From NCBI RefSeq assembly GCF_001194135.2, contig NC_068998.1, forward strand, positions 54,099,723-54,133,161: a stretch of DNA of 33,439 nucleotides, in the 5' to 3' direction. The position numbers and the translations under genes are program-made. The notes beneath the pieces were generated by a model that made no database searches, had not been told where the DNA came from, and saw only the letters and a list, made by a program, of their open reading frames with translations. The DNA comes from Octopus bimaculoides (lineage: Eukaryota). How positions within the stretch are numbered: position 1 is the first letter of the stretch; each line of letters begins with the position of its first letter. Positions 11,481 to 22,149 of the stretch are shown here, piece after piece.

Positions 11481-12009
11481 TCACAATGCAGTCGTATTTT
11501 CAGATATACTGGACCTATCCAATTTTACATGCTTCCTTTAACATAGTAGAGAGTGAACTGAAGTCATTTTGGCGGCTGTTTCTAGCGTTCAAGTAACCAC
11601 TTAGAGGCTTTCTCTTTGGCTCATAATGAAGTTGAACCTCTACAATGACACTGGTTTGTGCCGTCGTAGCTAGACTTCAAATTGGGCGAGAAGGATCTTG
11701 TTGAGTATATCGTTCTGCACTTCTTGGTTGAAAAAACCAGCCTCAAAAGAATGAAAGGCAAAGTCCACTTTGACTACATTCAAATTGGAAGAGAGAGAGA
11801 AAGAGTTGTAAGACGACTCAAATAACTACTGCAAATGCAATACTGTTCGACTTTCTACCACTTGTGACACTTTGTTGCCTTTGCAACAGATTAAGAAAAC
11901 TAATGTTAATAGGAGCAACAAAGCAGTTTTCCGGAAGACAAACATTATAAATATTAACATCTTTGTAGTCTTCTCCAGTGATTCGATATTGATATTATGA
12001 AGCTAATTT

Positions 12010-12378
12010 AATTAGCAGGAGTATTGTCTTGAGGTTTGGTGACAACAAGTCTCCTCAAATCTCAAGAATATTCCTTAGGATTCTTGCAGAATATAGGAAG
12101 CATTTTGGTTGATGTGCCAAATGCTCCAATTATCAGAGGAATAATTGTTATCGTCTTAATCTTCCTCAATCTCTCAGGCTAGCTCCTGATATTTCTCAAT
12201 TTTTTCAATTTATTTAGTATCGACTCAACTGTCATAGGGAATTGCAAAATCTATGATCATACGCTGTTTTTCTATAATCATATCTGGTCTTCTTGCCTCA
12301 ATAGTATGGTCAGACTTTCTGGAGAAATCCCATAAGATCTTGTAATTCTCATTTCCGATCACATCTGGTTCGTGTTTT
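12010..12378 (-). mobile_element. R4/Dong-like LINE 3' fragment, restriction-like endonuclease domain, multiple stops
   Basis: KHEPDVIGNENYKILWDF..IEARRPDMII..IIDFAIPYD..EKIEKYQELA, then IPLIIGAFG and SARILRNILEI* (stop 12057-12055): PD..D..K signature. Confidence 0.85.
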
Positions 12379-12500
12379 TTATTTTTATTTTTGTTTTATT
12401 TCGACGCCACACACGGCTAACACCGCAACACATTCTTTTACCTACACACACGTTCCAACATATTTATTGAGTATTCTCCCTGTTTGGATCAAAGAATCCG

Positions 12501-12690
12501 TTATTACCTCTGCCTAAGCGAAGGCGGAGATGTTGTTTTCAGTTTGTTTGTCTTTGGACAAGATATCTCAAGAATTGCTGGATGGATTCGGATGAAACTT
12601 TCAGGGATATTTGGCCTTGTGACTGCCACGGTATCATTAGATTTTGGGATCGATCCAGTACTGGACAAAGATTCTGGATTATTTTTTATG
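12501..12690 (+). mobile_element. DINE-1/Helentron-associated non-autonomous element, 5' part
   Basis: Starts TTATTACCTCTGCC with hairpin CTCTGCCT/AGGCGGAG, then GTTTGTTTGTCT microsatellite and GATATCTCAAGAATTGCTGGATGGATT..ATGAAACTT; palindrome TCCAGTACTGGA. Confidence 0.5.
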
Positions 12691-12782
12691 TTTTCTTTAC
12701 ATGTATATATAAAGCTTCACATAGTTCTCTTGTACATGCACACACATACACACATATACTCACACATTTTCAGCGTTGAACA

Positions 12783-13198
12783 TTACAGGATTTTGCAATT
12801 CTCATTTTCGGTGACTCCTTCCAGAGTTTTCTCAGACCACGTCTTTGCACTTTGCAGGCCGTGATTTCCACAGAGTTCCCAATTAATCATTCTTGCCCCA
12901 TTGTCATGGCGTCTTTTGTATACGGGTTGTGCCAATTTCGGGCATTCGCTAACGATGTGCCATACCGTTTCACCCCTCTCACCACACATTCTGCATTTAT
13001 CACTATCGGTAGTTTTGTCAATTCTGCCCTTCATATAATTGGCCCTTAACGCTTGTTCCTGAGCTGCGCATACGAGTGCTTCTGTCGCTATCTTCAGGTC
13101 ACTCGTCCTCATCCATAGCCACCGGTCATCTGTATTCCTCTTGGCGTTCACATCTCTTGAAAACTGACCGTACGTTTCCTTTTCCTTCCATGATTTTT

Positions 13199-13233
<35 letters not shown>

Positions 13234-13340
13234 TTCATTTCTTGTTTAAATTTTCCTTTAGTTATACAATTTTCAGATTTGATGACACCGGCCTTCTTCG
13301 TGTGTTTCAACAGTGGCTCCGCGGCATTTTTTATATACAC
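12783..13340 (-). mobile_element. R4/Dong-like LINE ORF fragment (post-RT region, CCHC knuckle, RHD motif)
   Basis: TEALVCAAQEQALR, CRMCGERGETVWHIVSECPKL, RRHDN, GVTENENCKIL in the 185-aa ORF; ends at a stop just before the endonuclease. Confidence 0.9.
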
Positions 13341-13470
13341 CCGCCGAGGTTGCCGTTGCCTTTCATCCTTTAGGGGGTCGATAAATTAAGTACCAGTTGT
13401 GTACAGGGGTTGATCTAATCGACTGCTCCCCTCTCCCAAAATTTCAGGCCTTGTGCCTAAGACAGAAAGG

Positions 13471-13530
<60 letters not shown>
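13341..13530 (+). mobile_element. SINE family A, 5'-truncated, with (ATT)20 tail
   Basis: CCGCCGAGG..GCCTTTCATCCTTT..GTCGATAAATTAAGTACCAG..GGCCTTGTGCCT, tail 13471-13530. Confidence 0.85.
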
Positions 13531-13531
<1 letters not shown>

Positions 13532-13735
13532 GACTTCACTCAGGTCTGGTAGAATTTATGTGGGTAGAGAGTTACCACCTGTAACCTGAGATATCCACAA
13601 CTTTCGATAACCTTTCAAGTACTCAAATCCCTTCTAATCTTTCCTGTTCCTAAGAAGCAAATTTTCTGTCGGAGCTCCACAGGACATTCCATTCCAGTCA
13701 CAGTTGGAGGAGAGAAAACACCACAAACGCGCAAC
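13531..13735 (-). mobile_element. R4/Dong-like LINE extreme 3' end ending in (AAT)n
   Basis: VELRQKICFLGTGKIRRDLST* (13680-13615) like the LQK..LLGTARI.R.VL terminus, short 3' UTR, then the (AAT)n array. Confidence 0.7.
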
Positions 13736-13989
13736 TACACATACACACTAACGCAAGCATATGGGTGTATGTGTATGTGTGTGTATGTGTGTACAGGCGT
13801 ATGTATGTGCACATATACAATTACATCACAAGTGATTACGATGTAACAATGGAATTTGGATTTTTTTTCCACTTCTCTTTTGGGTCTTCGATATTTGCAC
13901 AGCAAACAAAATCTATTTTCACTCAAACACCCACCCACACACACACCGAGACACCAACACACACTCATAAACACAAATACGCACAAACA

Positions 13990-14060
13990 CATACATACAT
14001 ACATACATACATACATACATACATACATACATACATACATACATACATACATACATACAT
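13990..14060. repeat. (TACA)n microsatellite
   Basis: Direct reading. Confidence 0.95.
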
Positions 14061-14420
14061 ACTCGCACACAAACTGTCTAACACTTGGGGAGAAATAGAA
14101 TTTTCTTACTTTGCTGTTATTTTGGTATTTTTATTTACATCCTCATACTCTCATTAGCAACTTCCATCATTTACAATTTTCAACAATGGCTCCATCATTA
14201 TTGATAGCTCGACTACATAAGTTTTTAATTAATATCTATTATACTCATATGACGACATTAAATTTTTTGGAATCGATGTATAATGGTATATATTAGCCCT
14301 CAACATAGTTTAGTATTTATACCATGCACTAGTAAATGATTAAAACGACTCCGTTCGGATTTGACCGCAAATCTTAGAACTAAATACTAAGCCCTAAAAA
14401 TTCATTCCATAATTGCCCAC

Positions 14421-14491
14421 GGGCATATGGCGTAGTGGTTAAGAGCGCAGGCTACTAACTCCAAGATTCCGAGTTCGATTCCAGGTAGTGA

Positions 14492-14530
<39 letters not shown>

Positions 14531-14669
14531 CGAAAAATACCTTAGGAATGAGAACCCAGGTTCGAAATTTCCCCCAGAACACCTGATGAAGGCTGGAGGG
14601 TATATCAGCCGAAACGTTGTATTAACAACACACAAGATGAGTACAAATATCCGTCAAATGTAAATAATG
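14421..14669 (+). mobile_element. SINE family C: tRNA head, (AAT)11, hammerhead-containing 3' part
   Basis: A box TGGCGTAGTGG 14428-14438, B box GTTCGATTCC 14473-14482; near-identical second copy at 26900. Confidence 0.85.
14578..14623 (+). ncRNA. Minimal type I hammerhead ribozyme motif in SINE C (one helix I mismatch)
   Basis: AACAC-CTGATGA-A-GGCTG-(10 nt)-CAGCC-GAAA-CGTT-GTATT. Confidence 0.55.
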
Positions 14670-16029
14670 TAAATACTAAACGTTCTCACCGTTTAGTCCA
14701 GCGCTCCACCGCCTCTGCCCACCTCACCATTTTTCTTCACCGTTTTCATCTGTCGCTTCAGTTTTCTGTTTACTTTTCTCGGATACAAATCACATATCTT
14801 GCATCAGTGAATCATTCGTGTATTGTTATTAACTCCAGTCAAATTTAAAACCAGATTAAGAACACTTTTAAACTGAAGAACCGCAAATATTGATTCTAGC
14901 AGCAGATTGTATGTAATGATAAATCTAGTGCGGAAAGCCAGAAATAAGTCCACTGTCAAAGCCTCTCTGTGTGGATATTTGTTTTCGATATTAATCGGTC
15001 GTTAACTTGTACTTAAAATACAAATATAACTTCGCGATTTGTCTGAAAGTAAGTTTTCAATGTTAAGTAATGGCTGTAGATTTCTTTGATATGAATACCT
15101 TCTGCATTTTGTTGAATTAAGAAATGACAATATTCTCTTCACAAATAGGTGAATTATTGCTATTGAAATCCTTTTCAGAAGATTGCAAATTTATTTAAAT
15201 ACTATCTAGAATGCAAAAACAAACTTATATATCATTAAAAATATTGAGAATGAAGCGAAGGAATACTTAATGGTATTTGAAGGATTAATTTGGGAAGATA
15301 TGTTGCAATGTTCTCTTTCAATTTTTTGTTGTATTTAGTCATTGAAATCATATAAAGGCGACAAATATATCTTCTTATATATACTTGATAGGTTCCGGCA
15401 AATAAATCCAAATTGAAAACATCAACGAGACCGTCTGTGACAAGTTTAATCTTTGATTTCTTCGACGTAGTTATTTCTGTTTCCGGATCTTTGGTATCTT
15501 TATTTCTATTTCAAGATATTTTGATCTCCTTCACTGATATGTCAACACTCAGTTAGAAATAGGTCAACAAACACAAAATCCAACGGTGAGTCACTAGTTA
15601 CTTTTTCTTATTTCTGTCTATAATACGTTTGATATCTCAGTATATTTCAGATTTGCAACGACCCAATCACGGGTTCATTATTCGGAAACAAACGGCGGAA
15701 AGATGTTCTATACACCTATTTCTTTTCATATCGAAGACAATCTTTTCCGTGTTTTTCTGTAACTTATTTACTTTATAAGCACTTGATTATATTTTTATAA
15801 CGCTTCGTAATGTTGACAAGACTTTTAAATTTATATTTCTCTGCAATATACAAGTAATTTAGATATATCTATATAATCACTATATATTATACTTCATGTA
15901 TAATAGACCAGTTACTGCGTTATTTGCCCTGAACATTAACATTTCCTATGGATATGTTGCGTTAAAAATACAATAGATATCAAAGGATAACGAAAATTTG
16001 TCCCAGAGGTAACCAGAGAAAACGCGGGC

Positions 16030-16290
16030 CCGAATACATCTGAGAATCTCGTTGGCTGCTGCTGGGACGAATGTTCGTTTCCCTCCGATTACAATGCCAT
16101 AGAAAATGATTGCAAACCAGCTTTTTTCCAACTGATCCAACTGGCAGGAGACGATGAGGAAAACCAAGATTGTGATGGTTGGATAATCCGGCCAGATAAT
16201 GTAATGAGGGTTGCCTCTGATAGAACCCTCTGGAATAAGGACCTAAACATTCTAACCCCAAAACCCTTCCAAGAATTGAGAGAAGCAAAA
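16030..16290 (+). mobile_element. RTE-clade LINE 3' fragment, frameshifted
   Basis: 16143-16187 reads GRRR*GKPRL*WLDN, both stops being TGA at Arg positions (CGA decay) of GRRRRGRPRLRWLDN; followed in another frame by MRVASDRTLW (A.DR..W motif). Confidence 0.65.
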
Positions 16291-16500
16291 ATACGTGGAT
16301 GCAAGTATGAAAAGCCCGGTTTCCAAATAATATCGACATATAAACAAGCTTTTACCTACAAATTGTATCAGCCATTCTAGAAACCTCTTTCGATCGAAAA
16401 TCTCGGATATAACGCAATATATGTTTATGTGTAAGGAATTATTTAGAATTTAATGTAATATATATAATATGCTTACAAGCACGTATGTATATTTGCATGT

Positions 16501-16501
<1 letters not shown>

Positions 16502-16575
<74 letters not shown>

Positions 16576-16600
16576 TATATATATATATATATATATATAT
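16502..16600. repeat. (CA)n-(TA)n microsatellite
   Basis: Direct reading. Confidence 0.95.
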
Positions 16601-16920
16601 TCTAAATAAACGTGCGTGCTTCTAGTTGTTTATTACATATCTCCAACCAATAATCGTTCAATTACTTTCAGGAAATTATGTTGTCTTGACTGCTCTATAT
16701 AATCTTTTATTTTATATATTTTATTTCATTATATTTAATTTATTTATTTATTGGTCGCATAGATTCTTCAAATTTTAGATTAAATTATATAGTAACTCCT
16801 TGATTCGTTATTATTGCTCTATGGAGGTTAATTACGTTTATAAACATGCGTATAGACAGATGTACGCAAATTGATATATATGTATCCCTTCCTGTGTGGA
16901 TGCAAGAGGGAAAATATAAA

Positions 16921-16975
<55 letters not shown>

Positions 16976-17439
16976 TATTAGGCGTCCATCGACTACGTAT
17001 CTTTTGTCATCTTTACCATCCCACTATCATGCCACTGCTTGTCGATTTCAATGTTTCATTATAACCCTGAAGAACTTCTGCTCCATATAGTTAAAAATGA
17101 TACCATTGTTAGCATATAAACAAATGTTTAGAATTACAGATCAGCTAGGGGCTAGAACAGAAACATATATGTAGGTTTTTTGCATCTCCCATTTTCTTCT
17201 TGAGCTTTACAACTTGTAATTTATTTGTGTTGTTTTTTTTTTATTTCAACATCTTTATATCATACAAATAAATTATTCATACAGCCATCTTTCTCCATTT
17301 TCTTTCTTTCAATATTAATATGTATTACTGCAATAAACCCTAACATATCGCAGAATCTTTCTCATCATATGATAGTGATTAACCAGTGCAATGTTTTTGG
17401 ATTATATAATCCCTAATGTGGATCTAACATCCTCGAATT

Positions 17440-17499
<60 letters not shown>

Positions 17500-17501
<2 letters not shown>

Positions 17502-17650
17502 TTTCTTCCTTCCACCACCCTCCTTTTCATTTTTCTGATGAAGGCCTCTAATGTCTGAAACGTCAACAACTCTTTCCCTTGAGCTTAATAATACCTTTGT
17601 GAAAATTAGTTACTCTTGTTTCTAGTTTCTGCTTATTCATCATATAGTCA
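17500..17650 (+). mobile_element. Penelope-like terminal segment directly after (TA)n 17444-17499
   Basis: Pyrimidine tract, hammerhead core, then TTCCCTTGAGCTTAATAATAC similar to the 1672-1830 element. Confidence 0.45.
17531..17568 (+). ncRNA. Minimal type I hammerhead ribozyme motif, intact core, GUC site
   Basis: TTTT-CTGATGA-AGGC-CTCTAAT-GTCT-GAAA-CGTC-AACA; helix II 4 bp with one G-U; helix I weak. Confidence 0.5.
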
Positions 17651-17944
17651 TATACATACATACGTATATATGCATATACGTGTGTGTGAGTGTGTGTGTG
17701 TGTGTGTGAGAATGTATGCATGTACGTATGTATGTGTGTGTATGGTATACAGAATACACTTATACAATCATACACCTATATATATATTGACATTTATATA
17801 ACAGTTCAATATCCCAATCACACTATATAAAATTGTATTTTGATCTTACACCGTCATAACAGACGATATCAATATTGTTCCCGGTAAATGAAAATGCCTC
17901 AGGTGCCAATTAAGCTAATTAGCGTATTTGCTGATTAATTTCAG

Positions 17945-18000
<56 letters not shown>

Positions 18001-18109
18001 TGGAAGAGGAGAGAAGGAGTAGTATTAATAGGGAAAGTTGGATGATGTGATTATAGTGGTGCAAGTGATGGTGGTGGTGGTGGCGGTGGTGTTATGTGTG
18101 TGTGTGTAA

Positions 18110-18280
18110 CTGTGTCTGTACGTCCCCGTAACTTAGCAGTTCAGTGAAATGTGTTCAATGGAATAAGTACCACGCTTTAAAAAATAAGTACAGGAGTCGA
18201 TTTGTTCCATTAACCCATTCGAGACGATGCACCAGCATGGCCACGGTTTATGACTGGAGCAAGTAAAACATAAAGGATAA
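18110..18280 (+). mobile_element. SINE family B, 3' half
   Basis: CGTCCCCGTAACTTAGC, GAATAAGTAC, GTCGATTTGTT, CCAGCATGGCC blocks. Confidence 0.6.
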
Positions 18281-18610
18281 GAGATGTTGAACATCTGGCT
18301 AATATGACTCCAGCTAACAACATGCTTGAAATAAACTGTTGCTGCTGCTGTTGTTGTTTAACCCCAGGTCAGCGTTGAACAAGTAAACCCATGATTAAAG
18401 ATATTCCTACGTTTGCCAACTCAACTTTTATTCAACCATAGTGTATCTAGGAATGCATTATCAATTACTATATTTCCTAAACGCATAATTAATAAAACTT
18501 CTGAAAACACTCACCGGGTTTGTTGTTTGTCTGTTTTCACTACATTAATCTGTAGCCTTCTAAGTGGATGTACAGTATGTTTCTAGATTGCGTTTATTAA
18601 TAACACTTAC

Positions 18611-18700
18611 CAAACATAAGAATTTTGTTTCAACATACAGTTTCATATCAAAATTCTTGCAAAACATATTCAAAATTTTATCAATTGTCTCGTTTCTTTT
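18611..18700 (-). CDS. Candidate internal coding exon, KRNETIDKILNMFCKNFDMKLYVETKFLCL, product unknown
   Basis: Acceptor CCCATCTTACAG, donor TTG/GTAAGT, 90 nt, open only in phase 0. Confidence 0.35.
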
Positions 18701-18881
18701 CTGTAAGATGGGTAATTCAGCTGCAATCTCTGTGGTCGAGCCAACAGCTAAAAGTTACCTCATTACGACGGCTTTTCAAATAACTTCTCTACTCTCATTG
18801 AACAGAGGCAATGTCACATGGAGGAATATCAAACAGCGAGAGTAGATGGAACAGTTTTATCTCATTGACATAAAAGCTGGA

Positions 18882-19106
18882 GGCGGCGGCGAGCTGGTAG
18901 AATCATTAGTACGCCGAACGAAATGCTTAATGGCATTTCGTCCGTTTTTACGTTCTGTGTTCAAATTACACCGAGGTCAACATTACCGTCATCCTTTCAG
19001 GGTCGATCAATTAAGTACCAGTGAAACACTGGGGTCGATTTAATCTACTAGTCCCCTCCCACCAAATTTCGGGCCCTGTGCCTATATTAGAAAGATTATT
19101 ATTATT
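18882..19106 (+). mobile_element. SINE family A, full length
   Basis: GGCGGCGAGCTGGTAGAATC head through AGAAAGATTATTATT tail. Confidence 0.85.
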
Positions 19107-19124
19107 TCTTTTTAATTGAAGTGA

Positions 19125-19306
19125 CTTAGCGGTATTTCGTCTATCTTCACGTGCTGAGTTGAAATGCCGCCAGGATCGATTTTACTTTTCATCCTTTCGA
19201 GGTCGATAAATTAAGTGCCAGATACGCACTGGGGTCGATGAAATCGACTTATCCCCATCCCCAAAATTTCAGGACTTGTGCCTAAAGTAAAAAGGATTAT
19301 TATTAT
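19125..19306 (+). mobile_element. SINE family A, 5'-truncated, tandem to the previous copy
   Basis: CTTAGCGGTATTTCGTC through AAAGGATTATTATTAT. Confidence 0.8.
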
Positions 19307-19720
19307 CCAGATTACAAGTTCAGGTTTATACCTGTAAGTATTGGGGCCCTGGGATATGTAACACACTGCCTAAATACCAATCTTGAGGAATTAGGCTTCT
19401 CAAAACCAGAAAGGAGAAAGCTGATTCAAAGACTGCAGATCCAATCCATCACTGGAACTGTAAAAATCTGTAAAACGTTTCCAGAAATTTGTCATTTAAA
19501 CATATCTGAGCATGGATAGATATGCCACTATATGCATGAGAAGACATACATAAAGCAAAACATACACATCTTCACATACATACATACATACATACATACA
19601 TACAAAAATACCCTGTTGTTGCTTTTGAAATTCCAATGAAGGAGCCTTGAATCTAGGTTAGAAACCGGTTCTTTCTCTATTGACAAGAAATCTTGAAATA
19701 AAACTGAACAATGACATACA
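19301..19720 (+). mobile_element. RLE-type LINE 3' end (second family) with 3' UTR containing (CATA)n
   Basis: YPDYKFRFIPVSIGALGYVT..LIQRLQIQSITGTVKICKTF, like the P..IGALG and LQ....GT..I terminus of RLE LINEs; 3' UTR extent from recollection. Confidence 0.7.
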
Positions 19721-19877
19721 TATATACAGAGGTGTGATCGTGTGTGTATATATACATATATACACATATATGTACGTATACATACACATACATATGTATA
19801 TATGTACTGATATGTGTATGTATATGCTTCTTTTATTGTTGCTTTTGTATGCTGCGAATTGTTGTTGTTGTTTATCT

Positions 19878-19975
19878 TTAGTAATAAATAATATCGGTTC
19901 CTGTCCACAGTCACTCGTTGACAATTGCCTCTTCAACCTCTTTCACCAAATGAAATATTAACCATTCTTTTATGC
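19878..19975 (+). repeat. Diverged direct repeat, copy 1
   Basis: 77 of 99 aligned columns identical to 20893-20991 by hand alignment. Confidence 0.85.
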
Positions 19976-20341
19976 TTGGGCTTCTACGATGATTTTTTAT
20001 TATTGTTTCTGTTAATATCGTTGATGTCGCTTTCGTTATACTTGTTTATTAATGTCTGTTTTTTCGGGACCCCACCCACACACACACACACACGCGCGTG
20101 TGTGTGTGTGTGTATGTGTGTATGTATGTATGCATACAGTGAGACGAAGCAATGTAGAATAAAATATGTTTGTGCAAAATCATATCTAACATACTCGAGC
20201 TCGCACGCACACACACATGTATATGTATGCGTGTGTTTGTGTTTGGGTGTGTGTGTATGTATGTACAGATATATGTTTGTATTTATATATATAGACATAT
20301 ATGTATATATAAATATGTGTGTGTGTGTGTGTGCGTGTGAG

Positions 20342-20372
<31 letters not shown>

Positions 20373-20892
20373 ATGTATATATGCATATATATATATGCAT
20401 ATATGTGTGTGTGTGTGTATGTATGTATATTTCTTTGTGTGTCCATATATACATGTATGTATTTTATATGTGTGTAGATATTATATACGTACAACCATGA
20501 AAAGAGGCGATGGTCAAGACTTCGTTGGCTTTGATCATTCGTCACGTCGATGAGGGTTGACCTCCAGGCCCAAATATCCTAACCACCACCACCAACAACA
20601 ACAACAACATTTCTACTGTATTTAGTTTTAGAGTTTCATTCTAACATTTTAAACTATGTCTCCGACTGGCTTTATCTACATAAAAAAACAAGCAATCCTA
20701 GAACACAGCATTTTTCCATTGTTAACTTTTTATAATACTTTCTTACGACATAATAACGGAACAATTTTTTCTTTTCAGTTCGCTGTATTTTTGTAATTGT
20801 TTTGTTTTATTGCTATTTATTTGCTTTTTATGTCCTTATTTTGTTTTTTGTTTCTGGGTTGTTTTTTTTTTAATTTTGTTGTCGTTCCATCC

Positions 20893-20991
20893 TTAGTAAT
20901 AAATAATACTGTTTCCTGCACAAAGTCACCAAGCTGACAATTTCCGCTTCATCCTGTTTCATTAAATAAAATATTATTCATCCTTTTGTGC
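20893..20991 (+). repeat. Diverged direct repeat, copy 2
   Basis: See copy 1. Confidence 0.85.
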
Positions 20992-21097
20992 AAGTGCTTT
21001 CATTATTCTTCTTATTGCTGCTGGAGTTGTTTTTGTTGTTTTTTTCTATTTTTATGTTGTTTTATTTTTAGCTTGTTTCGCTCTCCTTTCGATGTAA

Positions 21098-21171
<74 letters not shown>

Positions 21172-21728
21172 TGCAGCTCTAGATTCTTTTGGTGTGATTA
21201 TATATATATCTCATCTATTTTATTATTTTTCGCCTCTTATACTACATTACATCGTTTATATCAAACAACACAAAACCGTCCTTGCCCACCCCACACCACC
21301 CCCACCATAACAAATAACACGCTTATCTAATTTCAAAACCCCATTTTAACAATTTTATTTCAACTTGTTTCACTCTCACTCATTCTTCCCCCATCTGTTT
21401 GTGTATGAATCTTTTCTGTTGTTTTGTTGTTTTCAACAACAACCTTTTAAGCGATGATTTTTTCGTGATTAATCATTGATTAGATTATTTCTGTTCCAGA
21501 AAGATCTTCTAGTTGGTGTTGATATTTTTAATCCTTGCACCACTTTAGCTCAAAATAAAACAAACAAAAAAAAACCGTTTTCTGATAGAGCAGCAGAGAA
21601 ATAATAGTGAGAGGAGGAAGGCAGCTGTGGTAGGTCGTGATTTTGTTATGAGTACACAGCACCTATAGTTCCTGTTTTTAACTTAATGGTATTGATTTCT
21701 ACCCCAAATTTAATCCGGAGTATTAGGT

Positions 21729-21760
21729 GGGGAGGGAAGATGGGGCAGGGGAAAGTGGGG
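21729..21760 (+). other. Canonical G-quadruplex motif
   Basis: GGGG-A-GGG-AAGAT-GGGG-CA-GGGG-AAAGT-GGGG. Confidence 0.6.
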
Positions 21761-21977
21761 CAATCACAAAAGAAATGCTGAGATATGCATACTTCTTGCA
21801 TGAACGTAACAAGCATGTAAGATGAAGTAGTTAAAGAAGCTTCTTTCAAAAACTGGAGACCTATTTATAATTGATGTTATGGCGTCCTCCGTCCAGAAGA
21901 GGAGACCTAGTTATATTCGTCATTACGATGTAGGTCTGGCCTATCTTTATAAATTTGTCTAGTATTCTATTATCTTA

Positions 21978-22075
21978 AATGAGTTCAAATTACGTCGAGG
22001 TCGACCCTGCCCTCCGTCCCCTCGGAGTCGACGAAACAAGCACCAGTTGAGTACCGGGGTCAGTGTAATCGAGGC
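21978..22075 (+). mobile_element. SINE family A, central fragment
   Basis: GAGTTCAAAT..CGAGGTCGAC..CGGAGTCGA..ACCAGTTGAGTACCGGGGTC. Confidence 0.6.
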
Positions 22076-22149
22076 TGCGTCATCAAGTTTTGCTTATTTG
22101 TAAAAGGTTAAACCAAAACAAAACAAGAAAAATAAAATGGGACGAGAGC

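Larger units (their letters stand above)
14345..14728 (-). mobile_element. Old SINE family A copy split by the family C insertion (halves about 14345-14390 and 14670-14728)
   Basis: Left half resembles CGACCTCGGCGGAATTTGAACTCAGAAC, right half resembles AAATACCGCTAAGC..TCTGCCAGCTCGCC. Confidence 0.35.

Noticed and set aside
14421-14495. tRNA genes (also 25049-25120 and 2225-2292)
   Set aside because: No complete acceptor stem; each continues into a repeated body, so they are SINE heads.
15991-16380. 129-codon start-less plus frame (GCCWDECSFPSDY..) that looked like a novel Cys-containing exon
   Set aside because: A neighbouring frame gives GRRR*GKPRL*WLDN, showing it is a frameshifted RTE LINE end.
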